From Candidatus Poseidoniaceae archaeon (GTDB lineage Archaea > Thermoplasmatota > Poseidoniia > Poseidoniales > Poseidoniaceae): a DNA stretch of 64,000 bases. A program made the translations under genes and the position numbers. Below, piece after piece: positions 19,601-28,651 of the stretch (position 1 is its first letter; each line of letters begins with the position of its first letter). Location of the stretch: assembly GCA_943789275.1 (NCBI GenBank), contig CALSTM010000003.1:515935-579934 (forward strand), in the 5' to 3' direction. The notes under the pieces were generated by a model. The model was given only the letters and a program-made list of their open reading frames with translations, was not told the origin of the DNA and did not search any database.

Positions 19601-19803
19601 ACTCTGATACGAAGGAATCAGCCCCGACCAGTACGCCGGTCACGGTCAATGAATCAGAACACAGTGATGAGCGGGCCCAACTTGAGGCTGAATTGGCTCG
19701 ACTTGATGCATCATGGGATCGCAGGAAGGAACCTGCTGTGGAACAGACTACCGACCCAGCTTTGGCTGCTCTTGAAGCACGACTGTCGAATCTTGATTTC
19801 TGA
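16624..19803 (+). CDS. large Roadblock/LC7-domain protein with ~600-aa coiled-coil region and acidic C-terminus (1059 aa)
   Basis: Residues ~125-245 look like a Roadblock domain (VRGAIAIDQGMLIDSIGEL ... GGSLLLAQAGDVSLGVWTEAN). Residues ~400-750 are heptad-rich and charged (EAQSGKKAAQILAREASESRQE..., RERHTRAQAEAMMMEDK...). Translationally coupled to the upstream Roadblock gene. Confidence 0.6.
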   Translation: MSDTMFNLPEGKPIEGTISVESGSIQPFDHGVISTWVGRRKTPAGHRLVRAGRIVAWLAESGKGKLLLAGKEARLRLEDLESTENSRYIAGEYSLAGLGSVAEVVPEAFEHAADRQGLLARGDAVVRLLSRDLSAVLRTMVERETVRGAIAIDQGMLIDSIGELPNEAETLAREIHSTLEAMNISIVEDDSMTSGSHWTMHHEGGSLLLAQAGDVSLGVWTEANTNHARLISAAAAVLEGELGAVGASGGPLPEGFVLREGRGGPDAILSMLTAGVKEEVTGHLQSGQSSTAVSVLLARGVPVGISAPEGQSLEEAMLTFTDSSRILKLHRLPAGTIVSRDSGTVDEFRLDDFHDLLVTLRTRSESRRANLKSKLTDLFGFEIGMEQLRKNRSSATFPETVEVVSGGLPGDATQPLAVDAGLRRRLESAEHLINDLEKEKAVLTSRLEEAQSGKKAAQILAREASESRQEFLTKVESSNSSLDSLQLDVAESRAAAEQAENRAERLVKRVNELEHQVSVRAAELAKALGHADSSETLRSSIEELALKEAQLNGDLLAGSERLATIRQQSDDDERRLRVLQEQVEATRERHTRAQAEAMMMEDKIHSNSSELEAIESEAKAARRRAEEDRNRLATDEARQAQVQAELRELMSERRQTLRELGDLGARRGHAEAELVSLIERAEALSQAHEEALSDIQEAERLRARLAEEPLAQALLDDASTFDGLGPVLERLENARALGYSVTLLDRAVERGLQVIQSTVDHVAATPRHLLSSEVMTLLERQVPQTAGAVRGLARWSVQQRLEHQLGETVGHVVLDLEHLLEDFDRSITMLRRLRNVLEQLVRLGAPPHEVDALLNNCTRPEALPSIAQATRKLIQVALDDIYLEADQRDAGEAIALEDTARVLEELITQLDASGLADGVPSGMLWEFQRDGLLPYERNTIPDAQRTPVEQAMLSDMEPSLAGQVPVSLDVVVETAEVDESGWEQMPTPVDEDDSDTKESAPTSTPVTVNESEHSDERAQLEAELARLDASWDRRKEPAVEQTTDPALAALEARLSNLDF

Positions 19804-19812
19804 GGTGCTCAC

Positions 19813-20055
19813 ATGACTGAACCTTCGACTCTCCTTCATCGAAGCGAATCACCTGGGCGGCGTTATCCCCTGTTTCTTGAACGAATAGTACTGGTTTTGG
19901 TCATCGCTGGAACATGGCTGCTCCACCCGATTGTTTTGGATACGTTGGACGGTGCACTTGGCACACTTGCAGCATGGTGCGGATTACCGTTGCTGTTGCT
20001 GATGTGTGCTGAACTTATTGGACGAGCTCTTCAATCGGTTCTCAACGATGCGTGA
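19813..20055 (+). CDS. small membrane protein (80 aa, 2 TM), likely co-transcribed with the Roadblock genes
   Basis: SD-like GAGGTG 7 nt upstream of the ATG and 10 nt after the stop of the 1059-aa gene. Hydrophobic segments LVLVIAGTWLL and LAAWCGLPLLLLMCAELI. Confidence 0.45.
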   Translation: MTEPSTLLHRSESPGRRYPLFLERIVLVLVIAGTWLLHPIVLDTLDGALGTLAAWCGLPLLLLMCAELIGRALQSVLNDA

Positions 20056-21270
20056 TTAAATATCGACGACTTGCTTTTCTGCGGGTAGTGCATCAGCGTT
20101 CTTTCGAGCGTAGACCAGTCCCCATATTCGCTCCCAAGGTACAAAGAATCGTAACAGTGCCATGATGCTCAAGAACATGGCAGCGGAGATTACCAATCCA
20201 TAGGTAAGCGACAATTCAATCGATTCAGAGATTTGTCCAGCCCATTGACTTCCCGTTGAATCTTCGACAAAACCGAGCAGAACCGTGTGGAAGCCAAGTG
20301 CCACCATTGTTGCGATACCCGTGAGCCCAAGGAATCCAAAGGTGTGTTTGAGGTGTGTGTTGAGGACGTTATCCATTTGTCGGACGTATTCTGGGTCACG
20401 CTTGCACGATTCAGGAAGTCTGTAGGCATACTCGAGATAGCGGATGACACCGTAGGATGATTCTTGGAACACCATGATGAGGACTGCAATCATAATCAAC
20501 GCAAACTGTTGTTTGGTGACCAACATCAATCCGAAAATGCCGATGGTCGGTTCGCTGAATTGAGCACCGATGACGTTGACTGAATCGCCGTACGAGCCCA
20601 GTTGACCGTTGATGAGTGGGAAAGCAAGAATGGCGTGTATTCCAAGAAACAGCAATGTGAATCCAATGGCCCAAGCGATGGAGCGACGAGACAATCCCCA
20701 AATGCCGCGCACACCCATGATAACGGGTAAGAGGTAAAGGAACAGAATCATCAGTGAGAGAATCATGAGCAGTGGCCATTCAAGGGTGCTTAATTCGTTC
20801 GAGTTTGGCAAGCGTAGGTCGAATGAGAACAGCATTCCGGTTAGCCATGACAACAACAACTGTCCGACCAAGACAACGATGAGCGTGACGATGAATCCAA
20901 GTTTGACCCGTTGTTGAACTTTCGGCGTTTGGAAGGCAAGTAATGCCATACCGCCACCCACGACTATTCCGAGGATCAAGGGTACGAAGAATCGAGCCAG
21001 GCCGCTTCTTCCTTCACCGGTCAACCAGTCTCCGATTGGCAGTTGGTCTCCAATCAGTATTTCGATGGTGTCAAACAGCATGGTGTGGTCGATGGAGCCA
21101 ACGACGTAATTTGAGACAACTTCCAGATACATGCCGACAAGTGCCATTGTGGCAATGACCTGCAAGGAGATGATTTGCCACTGCTTTCGAAGGAGTTTGA
21201 GGTGCAGTGTCCTTGGACTTCTTTCACCCGTGACGGTGACGTCTCGTTGCAATCCCACATCATCAGCCAT
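20056..21270 (-). CDS. polytopic membrane protein (10+ TM), last gene of a DUF4350-DUF58 module
   Basis: Highly hydrophobic throughout. Start is 1 nt downstream of the DUF58 gene stop. No identified domain (possibly DUF4129-like). Confidence 0.5.
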   Translation of the reverse strand: MADDVGLQRDVTVTGERSPRTLHLKLLRKQWQIISLQVIATMALVGMYLEVVSNYVVGSIDHTMLFDTIEILIGDQLPIGDWLTGEGRSGLARFFVPLILGIVVGGGMALLAFQTPKVQQRVKLGFIVTLIVVLVGQLLLSWLTGMLFSFDLRLPNSNELSTLEWPLLMILSLMILFLYLLPVIMGVRGIWGLSRRSIAWAIGFTLLFLGIHAILAFPLINGQLGSYGDSVNVIGAQFSEPTIGIFGLMLVTKQQFALIMIAVLIMVFQESSYGVIRYLEYAYRLPESCKRDPEYVRQMDNVLNTHLKHTFGFLGLTGIATMVALGFHTVLLGFVEDSTGSQWAGQISESIELSLTYGLVISAAMFLSIMALLRFFVPWERIWGLVYARKNADALPAEKQVVDI

Positions 21271-21271
21271 C

Positions 21272-22525
21272 TCAATACCCCCTCACTTGCATGAGTGCTT
21301 GTGACAAGTCCATGTCTGGCATCCAATCGATGACCATTGCTCCAGAACCGGCCAGTGTGGTTAGGCGGTTCTGTCGTTCGAGTTTGAGAACTTCATAGGA
21401 CATACGAGGTATTCGGCTCACTAATCGCTCAAAGTCAATGCTTGAAGGCGAGAGTACGGTTACTTCGTGGCCGCGTCCAACGAGATCTCGGACTGCAGCA
21501 GGAACTGTTCCGTCACCCTCACATGAGGAGATGATGAAGACCGGACTGCCTCGGCTGAACCTACCGCTCAATGAGTTGGTAACGGCTTGTAACGGCATGG
21601 TCCCCTTCGGAGATACGCCGGCAAGGGCGCTGAGGATTTTGAAATACTGCTTGTCACCGGTATCCGGTGGGAGATAGGAGAGGTTGTCGTCGAAGATGGC
21701 AAGAGCAACAGAATCTCTTCTCTTGAGGAAAAAGGCCGCAAGACTTGCAGCAGACACGGTTCCCATCTCGAGGGGATTTTTCAGCACTGTACCGATTCGA
21801 GCGATGTCTCTACTGTCCAAAAGAATGTACAAGTCGGTAACAGCATCTCGGCACTTTTCGTTGACCATCAAGTCACCTGTACGGGCAAACGCCTTCCAAT
21901 TGATGTTCTTGAACGGGTCACCCGGTACATATTCTCGCAGTGAGTAGAATTCTGAACCTTGCCCAGGTGTTCGCAGTGTTGTGGCTCCAGTGTACATCTT
22001 TGGTGTGCGGGAGCGAAGGAATGCTTCTTCCACTTCCTTGATTTGTGGGAAGATGACGATGTCGCTGTGGTGGTCGACGTACATTTCGTCGACGCCCAAG
22101 TTGAAGGTGTTGCGTGAACGCAGTGATACCGGCCCAATCGAGAAATGACCTCGCAGCGGGCATCGAAGGACGTAGCGTATTCGAGCGCTTTCTCCGGGTT
22201 TAAGGTTGAGTCTCATTTGGTTAAGCCCGCTTCTCAATTTCATTTCATGCGGAATGTTGTCGTAGACTTCCAAGAGTTGAGTGTTGCGGTTTGAGCGGTT
22301 CGTGACCAGCAGCTCAACGTACAAATCATCGCCTTTGTAGAGATTATCTGCAGAAAGTGTTCGTTGAACTTCGACATCTCCGTGACCCGAAATCCACGAG
22401 TTGACAACAATGAAAGCGATGAACGTCAGTCCAAGAATCATCATCTGGAGATTTGCAATCATCATTCCGATGAGAATAAGTGCAATACCGCCGGTGAATG
22501 TGAAAGATGCCTTACGTGTCCACAT
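21272..22525 (-). CDS. DUF58 family protein (MoxR-associated vWA-like) with N-terminal TM helices
   Basis: DUF58 hallmark EFYSLREYVPGDPFKNINWKAFARTGDLMVNEKCRD...LYILLDSRD. Starts 9 nt after the preceding gene. Confidence 0.7.
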   Translation of the reverse strand: MWTRKASFTFTGGIALILIGMMIANLQMMILGLTFIAFIVVNSWISGHGDVEVQRTLSADNLYKGDDLYVELLVTNRSNRNTQLLEVYDNIPHEMKLRSGLNQMRLNLKPGESARIRYVLRCPLRGHFSIGPVSLRSRNTFNLGVDEMYVDHHSDIVIFPQIKEVEEAFLRSRTPKMYTGATTLRTPGQGSEFYSLREYVPGDPFKNINWKAFARTGDLMVNEKCRDAVTDLYILLDSRDIARIGTVLKNPLEMGTVSAASLAAFFLKRRDSVALAIFDDNLSYLPPDTGDKQYFKILSALAGVSPKGTMPLQAVTNSLSGRFSRGSPVFIISSCEGDGTVPAAVRDLVGRGHEVTVLSPSSIDFERLVSRIPRMSYEVLKLERQNRLTTLAGSGAMVIDWMPDMDLSQALMQVRGY

Positions 22526-22534
22526 AATATCACC

Positions 22535-24214
22535 TCAGGTTCTTCCCCACGCCTTGATTCGTTTAACAACAGCAACCGTCTGTTCAAGAGAGTATTTACT
22601 CGGTTCAATTGCGAATTTTGCTAAGACCGGGTCGTTGATGAGTGAAACCAAATCTCGGGCCGGCATAGCGTGGAACTCTTCCCGTGACAGACCGTTTTGG
22701 TTTCTTACCTTGGAGAGGAATACTTGTCGAATCTTGTCGGTCTTGGCATAGTATGTGTAACGGTTGGCATCGCCAAATCCGTAGTAAATGATGCTGAAGA
22801 CGTGTCGCCATGGTTCTGGGTCTCGCTTCTTGATGAGGACAGCCTCGAATGCGATGAACAGACCGAGGAACAGCAGGAGCATAGCAAGTCCTTCACCGGT
22901 GAAATAGACCAACAAGAAGTAAACGGTGTTGTAGGAGTCTGCCAACAAACCGTTTTGCGGATGTCTTGATTCATCGAAAATAACCATGGCGTTCTCAGAA
23001 GGTTGCCCCTCCTCGCCAATTTTACTGGACATCAACGCTTCAGCAATGAAATCCAGCGCCCATTTTCTGTTGTCGTTTTCAGGAATGCACTTGGTATTGT
23101 TGGTCACGCAGTCGTTTGTTCCGTACAATGGGTTGTTGGGGTCATTGAACCCTTCATAGTCGTAAATAGCATTGATCAGCGCAGAACCATCAGCCACGAA
23201 GACGATTCGACCGCCTTCATCGGGGTCGCATGATTTTCGAGCACATGCTTCGATGCTGAGGTTGAATTGTCCCCAAAGGTCAGGGGTTTCTGAGTTGACT
23301 TCGTTACCGACCCAGATTTCACCGTCACCGTTGACATCAACCGTTGCTTCGTTACTGGTGACTGCACGGATGGACACTTCTGACAATGCCCCGTTAACGC
23401 CAGGAATGAGTTCCAAAGCAGTGATGTTGTTGAGCAACATTTGGTAGGTTGCGTTGTATTCAATCTCACCGCTGTTCCAATGGTGAGCGCACAAACCAGC
23501 ATCTTCCAGCGGCATGGATTGACCGTTCATGAGGCTGCACGGATGTGCTCCTTCTCCGCTGGCACCGCTCCATCGTTCATGGACTGAAATTGTCGTCGGG
23601 TCGATGCTGCTGCCGTTCATGCCACAAGGTGTTGCTTGTACACACATCCAGATGTAGTTGTAATCCAATTCCTGAACATAGGTTGTGTCGAAGAGCTGGT
23701 ATCCCGTGTATCGGACTCCATAGGCCTGTGCAATACTTCCTGCAAATCCATAGTCGTCAAGAACCAGTGCTGTACCACCTGCGTCGACGAACTCAACGAT
23801 AGCATCAATTTCAGACGGTGAATACCCGTCTTCGGAAGCGATGGTAATGAATCCGTCACTGTCGAACTGCGGCAGAGAAAGCGTATCACGTTCAACACCT
23901 GCTAAGATGTAGGTGGTGTTTCGCGGGTCTTCAATGTCCGCAAGAAGAAGTGGACTGCTCACCAATGAGTTGGTTTGAATGCCCATGTCCTTGATGTCTT
24001 GGCGAAACGCAGACATATCGTTCCAGTCGTCATCGTAAGCGGACAATTGGTTGGTGTTGGAAATATTAACGAAATTAATCAAAATACTCAGCAATAAAAT
24101 CAGCATGACCGACCAAAATGCGGCTTGTAGCCCAATTCTGCGATAGTTCAGATTTAATTCCTCAAGCATTGGGCCACCTCTAGAGCACTGTTCCGACATT
24201 CCCACGTGTTCCAT
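22535..24214 (-). CDS. DUF4350-like extracytoplasmic domain protein with N- and C-terminal TM anchors
   Basis: N-terminal TM (AAFWSVMLILLLSILINF), a large outside domain with ITIASEDGYSPSEIDAIVEFVDAGGTALVLDDYG and NAMVIFDESRHP (DUF4350-like), and a C-terminal TM (YFLLVYFTGEGLAMLLLFLGLFIAF). Confidence 0.5.
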   Translation of the reverse strand: MEHVGMSEQCSRGGPMLEELNLNYRRIGLQAAFWSVMLILLLSILINFVNISNTNQLSAYDDDWNDMSAFRQDIKDMGIQTNSLVSSPLLLADIEDPRNTTYILAGVERDTLSLPQFDSDGFITIASEDGYSPSEIDAIVEFVDAGGTALVLDDYGFAGSIAQAYGVRYTGYQLFDTTYVQELDYNYIWMCVQATPCGMNGSSIDPTTISVHERWSGASGEGAHPCSLMNGQSMPLEDAGLCAHHWNSGEIEYNATYQMLLNNITALELIPGVNGALSEVSIRAVTSNEATVDVNGDGEIWVGNEVNSETPDLWGQFNLSIEACARKSCDPDEGGRIVFVADGSALINAIYDYEGFNDPNNPLYGTNDCVTNNTKCIPENDNRKWALDFIAEALMSSKIGEEGQPSENAMVIFDESRHPQNGLLADSYNTVYFLLVYFTGEGLAMLLLFLGLFIAFEAVLIKKRDPEPWRHVFSIIYYGFGDANRYTYYAKTDKIRQVFLSKVRNQNGLSREEFHAMPARDLVSLINDPVLAKFAIEPSKYSLEQTVAVVKRIKAWGRT

Positions 24215-24291
24215 TGGGTTTAGAAGGTTGTTATCATGTGGGTATCAAATGCTCATTGTAATACAGCTCTTGTGATGCCTCTAAAGCAGTA

Positions 24292-24564
24292 CTATCGCTT
24301 CAAATGAACGCGGGAAGCAATGCGTGATACTTCATCAACAGAGATGTGCATCAGGCCTTCAATCATCTCCCAAGGCAGCACCGTCGGGTCGATATCTTGT
24401 TCGACTTTCACTCGGATAGCGGAGATTGAACCGGACTGTTTGTCGAAAACGATATCTCGCAGTGTTCCCAAAAGTACACTGTGTGAGTCAATGACTTCAC
24501 GACCGATGATTTCTCGTGCAAAGACAGCCATAGTTTCACTCCACTTACGGGTTGACCACATCAA
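24292..24564 (-). CDS. PRC-barrel domain protein
   Basis: 90 aa. REIIGREVIDSHSVLLGTLRDIVFDKQSGSISAIRVKV matches the PRC-barrel pattern. Sits between cdc48 and the DUF4350 gene on the same strand. Confidence 0.55.
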   Translation of the reverse strand: MMWSTRKWSETMAVFAREIIGREVIDSHSVLLGTLRDIVFDKQSGSISAIRVKVEQDIDPTVLPWEMIEGLMHISVDEVSRIASRVHLKR

Positions 24565-24599
24565 TGCAGCACATCAATGCGTCGATGTAAGGATAAACC

Positions 24600-26825
24600 T
24601 CACATTGATTCCATTCCGAACCCAGTATCTCTGGAACGCTTGATGTTCGTGAGTCCAGATGTGAGCAGTGTTTCCATCTTCTGGTAGTAAGCGAGCATCT
24701 CAGCGGTGACCGTCGGTCGTACACGTTTGATGGCTTCTTCGAAGTGGGTCTTTGTGACCTTCTTCTTGCCTGCACGCATGCAGATGAGAGCAGCTTCACG
24801 GCAAACCGCTTCAATATCAGCACCGGTGAATCCGTCGAGACCACCGATAACGTCCTTGAGTGAGAACTTGGACAGTGGCATCCCTTCGCTGTGTATGTTG
24901 AAAATGACTTCTCGTGCTCCAGCATCCGGTGGAGGCACGTGAAGAACACGCTCAAATCGACCGCTACGCAGCAATGCTGGGTCAATCATTTCCGGTCGGT
25001 TGGTTGCTGCAACGATGATAACGCCATCCAATGATTCAACGCCGTCCATGCTTGCAAGCAACTGGTTGACGACACGGTTTCCAACATCGCTTCCTTCGGA
25101 ACTTGACGACGAGCGCATGCTTGCTATCGATTCAAATTCATCGAGGAAGATAATTGCAGGAGCCGATTGCTTGGCCTTCTTGAAAATCTCACGGATTCCA
25201 CGCTCAGACTCTCCAACCCATTTAGAAATCATTTCTGGGCCTTTGATACTGATGAAATTGGCTTGAGCCTCGTTTGCAATCGCCTTTGCAAGGAGTGTTT
25301 TTCCAGTACCTGGTGCGCCGAACAGGACAATACCTCTCGGTGGTTTGATCCCGAAATGTTCGAACAATTCCGGCTTGGTGAGCGGCCATTCGACGGATTC
25401 CTTGAGTCGGTCTTTGACTTCCTCGAGTCCACCGACTTCATCCCAAGTGATTTCAGGGATTTCCACGTATATCTCTCGGAGGGCGGACGGTTCAACATCC
25501 TTGATAGCATGTCGGAAATCGTCCATTCGAACTTCCATTTTTTCGAGAACTTCAGGCGGAATGGTCTCTTCTTCTAAATCGATTTCAGGGAGGTATCGGC
25601 GCAACGCCTTCATTGCTGCTTCACGAACGAGTGCAGCAAGGTCAGCTCCGACAAATCCGTAGGTGTTATCGAGAACCCAGTTGATTTCGAAATCATCGGA
25701 AATTGGCATTTGGCGTGTGTGGACGTCCATGATTTCACTGCGTCCATCACGGTCAGGAACGCCAATCTCGATTTCACGGTCGAAACGACCCGGTCTTCGC
25801 AACGCAGGGTCAATCGCATCCCTTCGATTGGTTGCGCCTATGACAACCACATTGTCACGGCCCTGCATCCCGTCCATGAGGGTGAGCATTTGAGCGACAA
25901 CACGCCGTTCAACTTCACCGCTCACGTCTTCACGCTTTGGACAAATCGAGTCGATTTCGTCGATGAAGATGATGGCTGGTGCGTTTTCAGCCGCTTCGTC
26001 GAAAATTTCACGCAGTTGCTTTTCGGACTCGCCGTAATACTTCGAGATTATTTCAGGTCCGTTGATGCTCTTGAAGTGAGCGTTCACCTCGGTGGCAACC
26101 GCCTTTGCAATCATGGTCTTTCCTGTTCCGGGTGGGCCGTGGAGAAGTACGCCCTTTGGTGGGTCAATTCCAAGCCGTCGGAACAACTCCGGGTGCTTGA
26201 GTGGCAGTTCAATCATTTCTCTGACTTTTTGCAGTTGTTGTCCAATGCCACCTACGTCTTCGTAGGTGATGCCTTCAGATTGACCGACATCCACGTCGTC
26301 AACCGCTTCGTCTTTGATGACAATGTCCGTTTCGTTGGTGACCTTGACGATGCCTTTTGGCGTTGTCTGGAGAACGGCGAATGGAAGTGCTTCAGCAAAC
26401 AACGTCATCCCTGGAATGAAGATACGGTCGCCTTGGACAACCGGTCGCTTGGATAATCCTCTGCGTGCAAACCCTTCGATACCGGGCCCGAACTTGACCT
26501 TCTGCTTGTTGGCCATAACAGGTGAGAGGACGAGCTTTGTGCATTCTTTAGCAACAACCTTGCTGACCGTCACTCGGTCTCCCAGGCTCACACCTGCATT
26601 CTTACGAATGATACCGTCAACACGAACGATTTCCATCTTTGCGTCTTCCGGTCGGCTGCGCCAGTAAATGGCAGCAGTTGAGCGCTTTTCGCCCTTAATT
26701 TCAACGATGTCGCCCGGTTTAAGACCAAGGTCATTTTCGCCCGAAATACGGGCTCTGCCGTGTCCAACATCGGACGGAATAGCCTTCGAAACACGCAACG
26801 ACATTGATTTCTCATCTTTTACCAT
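24600..26825 (-). CDS. cdc48: Cdc48/VCP-like AAA+ ATPase (two AAA domains plus N-domain)
   Basis: Two Walker A sites ([16 protein letters not shown]) and two Walker B sites ([18 protein letters not shown]) with second-region-of-homology arginines; 741 aa. Confidence 0.95.
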   Translation of the reverse strand: MVKDEKSMSLRVSKAIPSDVGHGRARISGENDLGLKPGDIVEIKGEKRSTAAIYWRSRPEDAKMEIVRVDGIIRKNAGVSLGDRVTVSKVVAKECTKLVLSPVMANKQKVKFGPGIEGFARRGLSKRPVVQGDRIFIPGMTLFAEALPFAVLQTTPKGIVKVTNETDIVIKDEAVDDVDVGQSEGITYEDVGGIGQQLQKVREMIELPLKHPELFRRLGIDPPKGVLLHGPPGTGKTMIAKAVATEVNAHFKSINGPEIISKYYGESEKQLREIFDEAAENAPAIIFIDEIDSICPKREDVSGEVERRVVAQMLTLMDGMQGRDNVVVIGATNRRDAIDPALRRPGRFDREIEIGVPDRDGRSEIMDVHTRQMPISDDFEINWVLDNTYGFVGADLAALVREAAMKALRRYLPEIDLEEETIPPEVLEKMEVRMDDFRHAIKDVEPSALREIYVEIPEITWDEVGGLEEVKDRLKESVEWPLTKPELFEHFGIKPPRGIVLFGAPGTGKTLLAKAIANEAQANFISIKGPEMISKWVGESERGIREIFKKAKQSAPAIIFLDEFESIASMRSSSSSEGSDVGNRVVNQLLASMDGVESLDGVIIVAATNRPEMIDPALLRSGRFERVLHVPPPDAGAREVIFNIHSEGMPLSKFSLKDVIGGLDGFTGADIEAVCREAALICMRAGKKKVTKTHFEEAIKRVRPTVTAEMLAYYQKMETLLTSGLTNIKRSRDTGFGMESM

Positions 26826-27003
26826 AGTATCACTTCTATCATCGAGTTGTCGAGCCTATTTAATCATCGGCTGACCGCCTCTCCTCAACGGTTCTTGCCG
26901 GTCCCCTTTTAACCTTAAGTCGACATTCGATGGCATCATAGCAGAAATTTTTCCGTTAAAATCACTCCATCAATTTCAAGAGGGGCGTTCCGTTGGGTGT
27001 GTC

Positions 27004-28632
27004 ATGGTTCACGTTCTTGAAACAGGTCTCGAATTTTTAGCAGCAGAAAATCCAAACGGTAAACCGTCGGTGAAAGGATTCAACATCATCAACGGCCAAT
27101 TGACGCTTGCTAGCGATGGTGCAACCTTCACATCCATCAACCCAGCCATCCTCAACGACACGCTCGGCGAGTTCCCGTTGTCGACCAAGGCTGATGTCAA
27201 CGCGGCATTGGACGCTGCTCACGCTGCATTCCCTGGATGGGCTGCAACACCTGCTCCAACCCGCGGTCAAATTATCGGAAACATGGGACGTTTGCTCATG
27301 GAGCACAAAGATGCGATCGTCGCTCTTGAAACCCGTGAAATTGGAAAGACGCTCAAAGAAGCGGCAGGTTCAGTTCAGGAAGCCATCGACACCTGCTTGT
27401 TCTTCCAATCCGAAGGTCGCCGTCTCTACGGACAAACCGTCAATTCTGAATTGCCGGACAAGGAACTGTTCACCTACCGCCGCCCGCTTGGTGTCTGCGG
27501 TATCATCAACGCTTGCAACTTCCCCGCAGCAGTACCGTTCTGGAAGATGATTCCAGCAATCATGTGCGGCAACACCTGCGTTTGGAAGAGTCCACAAGAC
27601 GCACCACTGCTTTCCTTTGCTCTGGCTCGAATCATGCATGAAGCAGGATTGCCAAACGGTGTCATCAACTTGGTTCACGGAAAAGGAAGCGGAGCCGGAC
27701 AACATTTGGTCGACGCCGTTGATGAAGGCCGAGTCAACAAAATTTCCTTTACCGGTTCTACTGAAGTCGGTAAGATGATTGGTGAAGTCTGTGGACGAAA
27801 CCTCGTCTCGTGTTCGCTTGAACTCGGTGGCAAGAATCCACTGGTTGTCATGCCAAGCGCCAACCTCGAAAATGCCGTAGAAGGCGCCTACTGGGGAGCA
27901 TTCGGTACGGCCGGACAACGTTGCACCTCACTTGGAAATCTTATTCTTCACAAGGACATTTACGATGATTTCATGACCATGTTCATGGCAAAGGTCGAAT
28001 CAACAACCATTGGCGATTCTTTGGTTCATGACGGTGTTCTCTACGGGCCTATGCTCTCTGAAAAGTATGCGAAGGATTTCCTTGTCGGTGTTGACATGTG
28101 CAATGCATCTGGTGCAAAGCAGATCTTCGGAGAAGGCCGTATCACAAGCCAGAACAAACCTACAAACTTCCTCAGCAATGCTGAAGATGGCGTTTACATG
28201 TGGCCTCACGTCTTTACTGAAGTGACCGAAGACATGGAATGTTTCCACGAAGAAGTCTTCGGGCCAGCGGTTACCATCTGCAAGGCAGACGACTTTGACC
28301 ATGCACTTCACTTGGCAAACGCAAGCCCTTACGGTCTTTCCTCGGCCATTTACACCAACGACCGACTTGAAGCCTACCGCTACAAGACCGGAATCAAGGC
28401 TGGAATGACCGGAATCAACAACTCAACCACTGGCGCAGAGGCACATTTGCCGTTTGGTGGTGTCAAAGGTTCAGGAAACGGAACTCGTGAATCCGGTATT
28501 TGGGTCATTGAAGCCTATTCGTACTGGCATGCAGTGAACGACGAACTTTCCGGCAAACTCCAACTGGCTCAGATGGATGTCGAAGAAGTCGAGATGGCTG
28601 AAGCAGACGTCGATTGGACGCAACTGGCTTGA
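27004..28632 (+). CDS. NAD(P)-dependent aldehyde dehydrogenase
   Basis: ALDH motifs: FTGSTEVGKMIG, catalytic ELGGKNP, catalytic Cys in GQRCTS, EEVFGP; 542 aa. Confidence 0.9.
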   Translation: MVHVLETGLEFLAAENPNGKPSVKGFNIINGQLTLASDGATFTSINPAILNDTLGEFPLSTKADVNAALDAAHAAFPGWAATPAPTRGQIIGNMGRLLMEHKDAIVALETREIGKTLKEAAGSVQEAIDTCLFFQSEGRRLYGQTVNSELPDKELFTYRRPLGVCGIINACNFPAAVPFWKMIPAIMCGNTCVWKSPQDAPLLSFALARIMHEAGLPNGVINLVHGKGSGAGQHLVDAVDEGRVNKISFTGSTEVGKMIGEVCGRNLVSCSLELGGKNPLVVMPSANLENAVEGAYWGAFGTAGQRCTSLGNLILHKDIYDDFMTMFMAKVESTTIGDSLVHDGVLYGPMLSEKYAKDFLVGVDMCNASGAKQIFGEGRITSQNKPTNFLSNAEDGVYMWPHVFTEVTEDMECFHEEVFGPAVTICKADDFDHALHLANASPYGLSSAIYTNDRLEAYRYKTGIKAGMTGINNSTTGAEAHLPFGGVKGSGNGTRESGIWVIEAYSYWHAVNDELSGKLQLAQMDVEEVEMAEADVDWTQLA

Positions 28633-28651
28633 TTTCATTGACCGATTGTCG

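Noticed and set aside
25710-26456. 248-aa + strand ORF
   Set aside because: Antisense within cdc48, which has unambiguous AAA+ motifs on the minus strand.
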